In this document: in pieces, positions 20,210 to 28,536 of the stretch
Layout: each line of letters begins with the position of its first letter
How positions within the stretch are numbered: position 1 is the stretch's first letter
Virus record (IMG/VR): IMGVR_UViG_3300042691_020932
Coordinates: 1 to 64,000 of that record
DNA length: 64,000 nucleotides
Strand: one strand, 5' to 3'
Source: a virus
Notes under the pieces: generated by a model
Databases searched by the model: none
What the model saw: the letters and a program-made list of their open reading frames with translations, nothing else
What the model was told of the DNA's origin: nothing
Program-made: the position numbers and the translations under genes

Positions 20210-21207
20210 GCTACACTACCACTGAATCCAAAATCATCTCCTTCTTCTACTAGAGCATTATCTGCATCAGTAATTGATTTAATAGGAGCTCCTGCTAGAT
20301 GTGAAGTTATAGTTGTATTATCTTTTCCTCTTTCCACCGTTATTGTATTGCCAGATTTTGCTTTGACATACAACTCTTCTCCTTCCAAGTCAATATAAGT
20401 ATCGACCGAGATTGAAGATGCATTATTTACTTCAATTACAAAATCTCCAGTTCCAATATCATTAGTTAAGTTTGTTAAAATAGTTCCAGTATAATTTCTA
20501 ATAGCTCTAGGTTCCGCAGAATATACAATATCTCTAGATGGAGTTGTTGTATAATCTCCAGCAATATATCCAACAGAAGACTTTTTGATAATATCCTTGG
20601 TTGCGGAGGAAAGTGGTCCAAATAGATATGTTTTTGCAGTAAATCTTAGTGTATAAATCAAAACCCTTCTTGTATTAAAATCACCCTCATAATCATCCTG
20701 CATCGTAATATTCTCAAGAATTACAGGAATATCTCTTTTTTCATTAATCGTATCAACCAGATTAACTGTCATAGTGTATGCTGGTTGAAAGTATGGTAAA
20801 ATTTGCTCTACAATTTGAAGTGCATCGTCATTGAGTTTTGACATAATACTTAATTCAAATTGCATATTATATGGGACGGGTAAATATGCCTTTTTAATTT
20901 CAGTCCCATCTTGTGCTGATTTTTCAGTAAAATATTGAGTAGTTGTGGATTTTCTAGTCGAATCATATGTTAATCCAGTAAATTCAAATGACATTCTTGG
21001 TAATGTAATTTGAACTGGTTTATTGAGATTTGGTGATTGGTTTAATCTTGCAAGGAATTTTTGAGTTGGCCCATATGCCAAAGGAACTTTAATTACACTA
21101 ACTACCTGGTCTGAATTATTTGTATGTCTAATTTCTATATTATTAAATAAAGAACCAAAAGAAATTACAGTCCTTCTTAATATTTCGTTGTAAAAATATT
21201 CAAACAT
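20206..21207 (-). CDS. gp15: Tail sheath stabiliser / tail terminator
   Basis: FGSLFN, VPLAYGP.QKFL, LPRMSFE, EQILPYFQP. Confidence 0.95.
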   Translation of the reverse strand: MFEYFYNEILRRTVISFGSLFNNIEIRHTNNSDQVVSVIKVPLAYGPTQKFLARLNQSPNLNKPVQITLPRMSFEFTGLTYDSTRKSTTTQYFTEKSAQDGTEIKKAYLPVPYNMQFELSIMSKLNDDALQIVEQILPYFQPAYTMTVNLVDTINEKRDIPVILENITMQDDYEGDFNTRRVLIYTLRFTAKTYLFGPLSSATKDIIKKSSVGYIAGDYTTTPSRDIVYSAEPRAIRNYTGTILTNLTNDIGTGDFVIEVNNASSISVDTYIDLEGEELYVKAKSGNTITVERGKDNTTITSHLAGAPIKSITDADNALVEEGDDFGFSGSVA

Positions 21208-21261
21208 GATACTGAGTTGTGGTATTACTATTTAACAATCTGTTGAAGACTATTTATCTCT

Positions 21262-22680
21262 TTATGGCATTCCAAATGGATTAACTTCACTGAAGTCTAT
21301 AATTTGATCTGCCTCGTCCTCAATCTCATTATTTGCAGCATACCCATCATCTGCAATTCTAACATAATCATCAACTGTCTTTAAATAGTACGATGCACTA
21401 GATGCAGATCCTACTATGTTCTCTCCGACAGTGAACTTACCGGTAATTTGAGATACTTGAAGAACTCTGGTCGTAGAGTTCCAAGATTTTACTCTTGCAG
21501 TTGTACTACTTGATGAACCAACAACAACTTCATTTAAAACAAAGTTTCCTGTAGACGTTAGGATTGGATTTCCTATCGTGATTGTAGGAGCAATTGTATA
21601 TCCTGCACCTGCGTTAGTGATGCGAATGGAAGTAATTGAGCCTCCTGTAGAAACAACTGCTGTCGCTGCCGCAGATACTGTAGAAACTCCAGTGAACGTA
21701 ATCGTTGGTGGAGTTATATAACCAGAACCACCATTAGTTACTGTAATTATTCCAACAACACCACTTCCTATGGAAGCGATACCAGTAGCTCCTTTTCCAC
21801 CACCACCTATAAATCTTACTCCAGGGGCAACTGTATATCCAAATCCGGGGTTTGTAATCTCTACACTTTGTACCGAAGATGCATTTGGTGAAACATTTTG
21901 GTTACATACAACAATATCATCAATCATTAATGCAACTGCAACTGCAGTTTTTCCTCCTGGCGGTGAGGATGATATTCCAACAGTTGGGGTAATAGTGTAT
22001 CCCCCACCTCTATTAGTAACTTGAATATATCTAACTCCACCATTAACTACTGATGCCAATGCGGTTGCAGTGACTCCCGCACCAACCATTGTTAAATTAA
22101 ACACATTTCCAATAGGATTTTTATCTCCATCAACTGAATCAGTACCACTAACAAGACCATCTATTTCATCAATATCAGTGTCAATAAGTTCATCCTCATA
22201 TCTAAACAGTTCGCACTTAAGTTGATATGTATAAAGACCTTGAAGTTGATAAAATGGTTTTTCGTGCTCTACAAATTTAATTTCAAATAATCTATTACCC
22301 AATGGAAAATAAATTAAATCACCTTCTTTTGGTCTTGATGATAATTTGATATTTGTTTGGTTTTGAATAAGTGGTGAAATATAGTTTTTAAATCTTTCTC
22401 TTGAAATTATCAAATTGACTTCATTTAAAGCCTGAATTCCAAACTTTGAAAGGATTGTTGTGTTGTCACCATATCCTTCATAGTTGTCTATGTAAGCTTC
22501 TATTGGATATGCATTATTAAATTCAGATTCAATAACTTCTCTAATAACTGTTTTTTCTGTAATAAAACTTCTTGGAATATAATGCACGTCAATGCCATAC
22601 ATCCTAAGTTGTTCGTTAATCAAGTCCTGGATAAGCCCTTGTTCTGATTTTGAACCTTGCTGAAAAAATGGATTTAACAT
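21262..22680 (-). CDS. gp14: Neck protein with internal GxGY beta-repeat insertion
   Basis: RPKEGDLIYFP, FVEHEKPFYQL, C-terminal DFSEVNPFG. Confidence 0.93.
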   Translation of the reverse strand: MLNPFFQQGSKSEQGLIQDLINEQLRMYGIDVHYIPRSFITEKTVIREVIESEFNNAYPIEAYIDNYEGYGDNTTILSKFGIQALNEVNLIISRERFKNYISPLIQNQTNIKLSSRPKEGDLIYFPLGNRLFEIKFVEHEKPFYQLQGLYTYQLKCELFRYEDELIDTDIDEIDGLVSGTDSVDGDKNPIGNVFNLTMVGAGVTATALASVVNGGVRYIQVTNRGGGYTITPTVGISSSPPGGKTAVAVALMIDDIVVCNQNVSPNASSVQSVEITNPGFGYTVAPGVRFIGGGGKGATGIASIGSGVVGIITVTNGGSGYITPPTITFTGVSTVSAAATAVVSTGGSITSIRITNAGAGYTIAPTITIGNPILTSTGNFVLNEVVVGSSSSTTARVKSWNSTTRVLQVSQITGKFTVGENIVGSASSASYYLKTVDDYVRIADDGYAANNEIEDEADQIIDFSEVNPFGMP

Positions 22681-22683
22681 ATC

Positions 22684-23538
22684 TTACCCAATCATGTCGA
22701 ATGGTGGAAGTTCGTATGTATTCGACATCTTTTCCATCAAAATATCAATTTCTTTCTGGGCGTCTTCATACATTTGTCTTCCATTTAATTCAACTCCACC
22801 TGGAAGTTTAACACCAGTAAATTTCATCATATTTTGCCCCCACTGTCTCTTAATTAGTGAGGTTAGATATGGTTTTAAGAAAGAATCGTTCCAGACCCTT
22901 GAATAATCATTTGGGTCTAAAGTTGAGTAACAATCAATGATGATAAACTCACCTTCTCTAACCGAAGACCAATCAATATCCAAATATAGTCTATCTTGTC
23001 TTTTGTTGAATCTGATTTGCTTCTGAGTGTTTAGTAAAAAATCCAAGTCTTCCAAGTAAGTTTTAACCATTGCATAACTTAATAACTCAACTGCACCCCA
23101 ATAGTAAACATCATTCAAAAATAGTTGATATTTTACACTAAACATATTATGTGTTATAGTGTTTGCTCCATCAAAAGTAAAAATTTTATTAATTCCAATT
23201 ATATTAGGTGGAACTTGAAGATAGTTACTATTCTCATAGTAATTGAAAGTCGTTGAAGTTCCTGAAATATTTGTTGTTACGCTAGTGCTTGCTATACCAA
23301 CACCATTTTCTATTCCACCAGAGTGCCCTGCTCTTCCTCTATCAATATCACTCTGAGTTAGTTTGTACTTATAGAATGTTGGATATACCCCATCAAAATG
23401 CCTTTCTTGAAAAAACTGAATAGCATCATCTACCAAATCTTCAATTTGCTCGTCAGCAACGTTTATTTCTAAAACTGGCGCTCCCAGTTTTCTTTTACAA
23501 TAATCTATTAATTCTTGTCTAGTAGATGGTTGCGCCAT
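22684..23538 (-). CDS. gp13: Neck protein
   Basis: LGAPVLEINV, KRQWGQN, LPGGVELNG. Confidence 0.96.
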   Translation of the reverse strand: MAQPSTRQELIDYCKRKLGAPVLEINVADEQIEDLVDDAIQFFQERHFDGVYPTFYKYKLTQSDIDRGRAGHSGGIENGVGIASTSVTTNISGTSTTFNYYENSNYLQVPPNIIGINKIFTFDGANTITHNMFSVKYQLFLNDVYYWGAVELLSYAMVKTYLEDLDFLLNTQKQIRFNKRQDRLYLDIDWSSVREGEFIIIDCYSTLDPNDYSRVWNDSFLKPYLTSLIKRQWGQNMMKFTGVKLPGGVELNGRQMYEDAQKEIDILMEKMSNTYELPPFDMIG

Positions 23539-23569
23539 TATTCAGTCTTTTTAAATATTTATGAATATG

Positions 23570-23737
23570 CTAAACCCATTTTGAAACAACTTCTTGTTGC
23601 TTCAAATATAACTTTATGTACGATTTTGAATATTCTTTAAGAGTTTCTAAATCATTAATACTATCAATATCTCTAGCAAGTTTTTCATATTCAAACATTT
23701 TATTGATGTCCTCTAAGACTATTTTATTTGGATCCAT
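23570..23737 (-). CDS. Small helical protein, NblA-like candidate (not in ORF track)
   Basis: Manual translation MDPNKIVLEDINKMFEYEKLARDIDSINDLETLKEYSKSYIKLYLKQQEVVSKWV (55 aa). The ORF is solid; the NblA assignment is tentative. Confidence 0.55.
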   Translation of the reverse strand: MDPNKIVLEDINKMFEYEKLARDIDSINDLETLKEYSKSYIKLYLKQQEVVSKWV

Positions 23738-23951
23738 CAATTAAACTCCTTAGTAAATTTTTAATGTCAGTTAAATCATCTTTCATATCACTCACATCAG
23801 ATTCTAACTTTTTTACGCGATTTGCCTCATTTTCTTTTATCTGTTTCAATTTCATATAATTATTGTATTCTTTCATATCAATGTTTAAAATTGCTTGTGT
23901 ATTTTGATCTCTAACCAAATTATTATAATCTTTTACTTTAAGGTAGTCCAT
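23724..23951 (-). CDS. Conserved small coiled-coil hypothetical protein
   Basis: LVRD.NT.AILN motif followed by a heptad pattern. Confidence 0.8.
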   Translation of the reverse strand: MDYLKVKDYNNLVRDQNTQAILNIDMKEYNNYMKLKQIKENEANRVKKLESDVSDMKDDLTDIKNLLRSLIDGSK

Positions 23952-23952
23952 A

Positions 23953-26457
23953 TCATGCTAAACAAATAACTCTCAAATCTTTTACTCTTGGGGGGAAAGC
24001 TTGATTTGTGCCAGCACCTATTAATTTAATGCTAACATATTTAAAAGAAGGTAATTTTGAAATACTGAATTCATGATCTTTAAAAACAAGTTCATGACTT
24101 TCATATCCAAGAACATCTGTTTTTTGAACTTTTTCATCTGAAGTTCCATCACTGGATGCTCTAAAAAGATCGATATCAGAGGCAAATCTGTTAGAATAAC
24201 CTGGGAAAGGATAATAAATCAATTCTTCATTAGGATTATTTTTGATAGCATATAAACATCTTAAATCACTGTACTCATTAATATATGCAGAAACTAGAAC
24301 TTTTATAGAAGTTGCTGGAATTTCTAGTTGAATAGGATTTGTAGCATATACAAATGATGATGGGTCATCATTTAGATTTGAAACTCTATCATCAGCTGCG
24401 TAGTTTTGGATAGGGTTATTAATTCTATTAGTCACAAAAATCATTGAAGTTCTATCTAAGTCAATAACAGGAGAAATAAATCTATTTGTTGTTTCTAAAA
24501 ATAAATTAACTGTTAATGATTTATTTCCGAAAAAGTCGCTACTCGTTTCTAGGAACTGAGTTTCATTTTCTTTAGAACAAATTAATCTTGGTGAATCGAA
24601 ATAATTATTTTTATTCAAGTCAATTTCTTCAAATCCCTGGTCTAAGAATGAAGATTCTAAACCATCCACACTTGTTCCGGATACTGTTCTAACTCTAGCA
24701 GAAACATCAGTTCCATTTAAAGTAAGTGCCTGAATTAGTGGTCTTGCAACTTCAAATTGAATATTTTGAGTTGCTGTTATTTTATTTCCACCAGTTAGTT
24801 TTGTATCATTAATGAATAATTTTGGAAATGAAACTCCTACGCTTCTATCGACTTGTCCTTGTGGTAACGCTGCCGTTTTTCCTGATGAAGATGTGTCAAT
24901 CTTTATTGTATAATAATCAAAATCTATAGAATCTGTAATCGTAGAATCCTGAAGTGTATGTGTTTTATTGATTCTTCGCAGAGAGATTCCATTTAATTCA
25001 TATTTAAATACTTGAGTTCCTGCAGTATAACTAAAAGCATTAGTTTGATCTATTTCTCTTGTTATTCCTGTTAATCTATTTCCAACTATTCCTTGATATG
25101 CAAGAATTTCCCTACCGATCATCAAATATCCAGGATTTGTGCTACTAATACCAACATTCTCAAATATTCCAAAGTTAGTGGTTGAATCTACAATAAGATC
25201 TGCTGTAGAAGTTTTATCATAATTTCCTTGCAACTTGACTGGTTTAATGTCTGGCAAAACGTCCCTTATTACTACGTTATTTTCTTCAGCGTGCATTCCA
25301 TGATTTCTGTGATTTACTTTTATATGTAAACCATCAGATTCGATTTCAATTCCATCAGTTTGAATAAAGACTCCTCCACTATTTAAGAAGGTCGTTATTC
25401 CTGAACTATTAATATACTGGACCGTATTTCCCACACCAGTTACAAAGTCGCCTTGAACGTTATCTAGGATTAATTCGTTTATTCCCGATAACGTTTGAAC
25501 TGACAAGAGCATATTTACACCAATATCATTTTGTCCGAGTTGTGATATTGTAAGTACATCTCCGTCACTATATCCAGTTCCTCCGTTAGATATTGTCGCA
25601 GCAACTGCTACTCCATCAGTTATTGTTATATCTACAGTTGCATTTTTTCCTTGTCCGGTGATGCTTGTCAAAGCAATGCCAGTATAAACTAAACTACCTG
25701 CAGATGGAGTGTATCCAATTCCTGGATTAATGATCGTTAAGTTTCCAGAAGCAATACCGGCAGAATCTACATAATTGCCTGACGCATTACTCCCCAACTG
25801 AATAATAGTATTTCCTAATTTTAAATTATTATCTTGAACTGTGCTTCCCAAACCAACTCTAATTCTTTTTGAGTTGAATTCGAGTGGATTTGGAATCAAA
25901 GTTGCAATTTGACCGTTTGCTCTACTTAAATCTGGATTATAAAAATTAAAATCTCCGAAAGCAGTTGTAAAATTAGCTCTATAAAGAGTAAATTTTAAAT
26001 CCTCATATCCACTTTCTGTCCAAGTAGATCCATTTTGAGATTTAAACAATCCGCCGGATAATGGTTGTTTAGTAACTAAAACTTGCTTGGATTCTAGACC
26101 ATTTAAACTAGTAACATCAACTTCATTTAATCTAGAAACCCAAAGACTATAAGTTGGTAGATTCGCTAAAACAACTAGTGCATGAAATTTTTTTCCAGGC
26201 AAATATACTGGAGATGGAAAAGTGACTCTAGTTGGTATAGATGCATCGGCGGAAACTTGAATATTTTTGGGGTTAAGTACAACCTCACTAAAAGGAAAAA
26301 CTTTTTGTGTTGGTAGACCAAGTTCCATTGGTCTAAGTTGAACTGTAACTGGAAGTTTTTTATCTTTCTCTGCAAAATACAAGTCTACTGAAGTAACAAA
26401 AACTCCGGCATCGTTATCAACATAAAATGATTGAGCTAATGGATCTACAACTTTCAT
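23953..26457 (-). CDS. VrlC/DUF4815-like structural protein, C-terminal fragment
   Basis: Starts at DPLAQSF; contains LFKSQNGSTW, EDLKFTLYRANF, SPVIDL; ends PRVKDLRVICLA. Confidence 0.85.
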   Translation of the reverse strand: MKVVDPLAQSFYVDNDAGVFVTSVDLYFAEKDKKLPVTVQLRPMELGLPTQKVFPFSEVVLNPKNIQVSADASIPTRVTFPSPVYLPGKKFHALVVLANLPTYSLWVSRLNEVDVTSLNGLESKQVLVTKQPLSGGLFKSQNGSTWTESGYEDLKFTLYRANFTTAFGDFNFYNPDLSRANGQIATLIPNPLEFNSKRIRVGLGSTVQDNNLKLGNTIIQLGSNASGNYVDSAGIASGNLTIINPGIGYTPSAGSLVYTGIALTSITGQGKNATVDITITDGVAVAATISNGGTGYSDGDVLTISQLGQNDIGVNMLLSVQTLSGINELILDNVQGDFVTGVGNTVQYINSSGITTFLNSGGVFIQTDGIEIESDGLHIKVNHRNHGMHAEENNVVIRDVLPDIKPVKLQGNYDKTSTADLIVDSTTNFGIFENVGISSTNPGYLMIGREILAYQGIVGNRLTGITREIDQTNAFSYTAGTQVFKYELNGISLRRINKTHTLQDSTITDSIDFDYYTIKIDTSSSGKTAALPQGQVDRSVGVSFPKLFINDTKLTGGNKITATQNIQFEVARPLIQALTLNGTDVSARVRTVSGTSVDGLESSFLDQGFEEIDLNKNNYFDSPRLICSKENETQFLETSSDFFGNKSLTVNLFLETTNRFISPVIDLDRTSMIFVTNRINNPIQNYAADDRVSNLNDDPSSFVYATNPIQLEIPATSIKVLVSAYINEYSDLRCLYAIKNNPNEELIYYPFPGYSNRFASDIDLFRASSDGTSDEKVQKTDVLGYESHELVFKDHEFSISKLPSFKYVSIKLIGAGTNQAFPPRVKDLRVICLA

Positions 26458-26477
26458 TTTCTTGTGATTTTTTTTTA

Positions 26478-26732
26478 TTATTTATTTTGCTTAAGCAAAT
26501 CTATTTCCATTTTCAATTCTTTAACCGCCTCTATCAAAACAGGAATCAATTGTTTATAGTCAACTGACAAATATCCACTCTCTTCTACATTTACCATCTC
26601 AGGAAATTCTTTTTGAAGTTCCTGAGCTATGACACCATATTCAAAACCAGTTTTTCCTGTCAAATCTTTCATTTTGTCGTTCCATTCATAATATTTGCCA
26701 TTGATATTGGATAATTTATTTAAATACTTCAT
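26478..26732 (-). CDS. Peptidase S74 intramolecular chaperone, C-terminal portion
   Basis: GVIAQELQKEFPEMV, VDY..LIPVLIEAVKEL; lacks the SDxRLK start. Confidence 0.85.
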   Translation of the reverse strand: MKYLNKLSNINGKYYEWNDKMKDLTGKTGFEYGVIAQELQKEFPEMVNVEESGYLSVDYKQLIPVLIEAVKELKMEIDLLKQNK

Positions 26733-26733
26733 T

Positions 26734-28461
26734 TTAAAAAATAAGATTCATCAACTTACTTAATGCACTATTTATAGAAACAATATTCTGCTTAAGACGA
26801 ACATCACTCATACCACCCATTCCACCACCACCACCGCCGCCACCGCCCATTCCACCACCGCCACCGCCACCGCCGCCGCCACCGCCGCCACCACCGCCGC
26901 CACCGCCCATTCCACCACCGCCACCACCACCGCCGCCGCCACCACCGCCACCGCCGCCGCCACCGCCGCCACCACCGCCGCCACCGCCCATTCCACCACC
27001 GCCACCACCGCCGCCGCCGCCACCACCGCCGCCGCCACCGCCCATTCCACCACCGCCACCACCGCCGCCGCCACCGCCCATTCCACCACCGCCACCACCT
27101 CCAGATGGTGCTGGACCACCCATCGCACCACCGCCGCCGCCACCGCCCATTCCACCACCGCCAGACGGTGCTCCTCCCATTTGACCAGCAGTGCCAGTAC
27201 TGACTCTGCTATCACTATCCCGCACTGCCACTTTATTATCCTTACCTATTACTGTTTTTTCACCATGTTTGATATTGCCGGTACTGACTTGAATATTTGC
27301 ATTCTTTGCATACTCACTTTTGTTAATTTGATTAACAACTTTCTGTTGTTGTTTTGCAGTCATATCTGCATCAATTATTTTTCTCAGGTCTTTGGAAAGA
27401 CCAGCATCTTTTGCAATTTCTTTTAGTCTGTTTGCACCACCATCATATAGTTGCTTAGTATTATAATTATAATAAACTGTAGTAGGTGGTGGTGGTGGTG
27501 ATGGTTGGTTTGGAGAACTTACTGGTGGAGCTGGTGGTTGAGGAATAAACGATCCACCGCCACCACCGCCACCGCCACCACCGCCACCGCCACCACCGCC
27601 GCCATCATCAGATGGTGGAAACCCTGGGTTAAATGGATAATCTGGTTCGTTACCAGGTCCACCTATAACATTAATTACCTGAGTAATATTAGTTTCAACT
27701 CTTACTGGTCTTGTAACAATAACATTCTCCTGAACCATATTAACTTTACCTTCGGCATAATAATTCTCTTCTGCCGCCGTTGTATATGTACCAACAACTA
27801 GAGAATTATTTCTGCTACTTGTTAATCTAAAAGGTCTAGTTCCTGCTTGGAAAACGGGATTAACATCAACGTTTGGGTTTGGAATAAAAAATGAACCAAT
27901 AACAACACCTTCATCATTAGTTACCAACTTAACATCAGTAACAACAGCCTCTGCTTTACTGGTAGAACCTCTTAATTTCATACCATTGGCAATGTATCCA
28001 AGAAAATCTGATGTTCTGTCGGATAAACTAAAAGTATCTACATTTAAAATAGTTGAGGTTGATGAATAATTTTCGGGAATTATTAAATTGGAATTATATG
28101 GATTTACATCAAAAATATCTTGGGGATTTGTATAATCCCCATACTTATGATTTTGTTTTGCCACTCTAAATCTAATAGTTGGCAAACTTGGGGAATCAAA
28201 AGAACCAATAACAGTTTCTGAAACTTGAAAGACTCCACTCGTCATTCTAATTTCAATTAGTTTTGGGACAACAAATGAATTAACATCAACTCCATTAAAA
28301 AATGCAAAAACCCTTGTCAAAGGTTTCATTCTTTTTGAAATAAATTCAATATTCCTGGACCTCATATAAGGTAGGATTTTAGTATCTAAAACCCTATCTC
28401 CAAAAGATACTGTTTTAGATACTGGTTCTTTATTAGGTGTTGGTGGTTTTACTATCGACAT
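26734..28461 (-). CDS. VrlC/DUF4815-like structural protein, middle fragment, with polyglycine tail and S74 cleavage motif
   Basis: SFGDRV...YMRSRNIEF...KPLTRVFAFF; poly-G and poly-P tracts; ends MSDVRLKQNIVSINSALSKL. Confidence 0.85.
   Translation of the reverse strand: MSIVKPPTPNKEPVSKTVSFGDRVLDTKILPYMRSRNIEFISKRMKPLTRVFAFFNGVDVNSFVVPKLIEIRMTSGVFQVSETVIGSFDSPSLPTIRFRVAKQNHKYGDYTNPQDIFDVNPYNSNLIIPENYSSTSTILNVDTFSLSDRTSDFLGYIANGMKLRGSTSKAEAVVTDVKLVTNDEGVVIGSFFIPNPNVDVNPVFQAGTRPFRLTSSRNNSLVVGTYTTAAEENYYAEGKVNMVQENVIVTRPVRVETNITQVINVIGGPGNEPDYPFNPGFPPSDDGGGGGGGGGGGGGGGGGSFIPQPPAPPVSSPNQPSPPPPPTTVYYNYNTKQLYDGGANRLKEIAKDAGLSKDLRKIIDADMTAKQQQKVVNQINKSEYAKNANIQVSTGNIKHGEKTVIGKDNKVAVRDSDSRVSTGTAGQMGGAPSGGGGMGGGGGGGAMGGPAPSGGGGGGGMGGGGGGGGGGGMGGGGGGGGGGGGGGGGGMGGGGGGGGGGGGGGGGGGGGGGGGGGMGGGGGGGGGGGGGGGGGGGMGGGGGGGGGMGGMSDVRLKQNIVSINSALSKLMNLIF
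26810..27175 (-). repeat. GC-rich (GGT/GGC)n tandem repeat encoding M(G)n units
   Basis: Repeated ccaccaccgccgccaccgcccattcca-type units on the plus strand; a second short poly-Gly run at about 27555-27604. Confidence 0.95.
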
Positions 28462-28536
28462 ATTTTTTATTACCTACAATTTTACTATTAAGTAAATCGT
28501 TTATCTAAGATATTTTATTTATGATGGATGAACCTC

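Noticed and set aside
26808-27215. Val/Ala-rich 135-aa ORF
   Set aside because: It is an alternative frame of the GGT/GGC repeat and is open only because the repeat lacks stops.
26458-28536. Self-splicing introns or inteins rejoining the three structural fragments
   Set aside because: The non-coding gaps are only 20 and 75 bp. No group I/II core, homing endonuclease or intein terminal motifs are visible.
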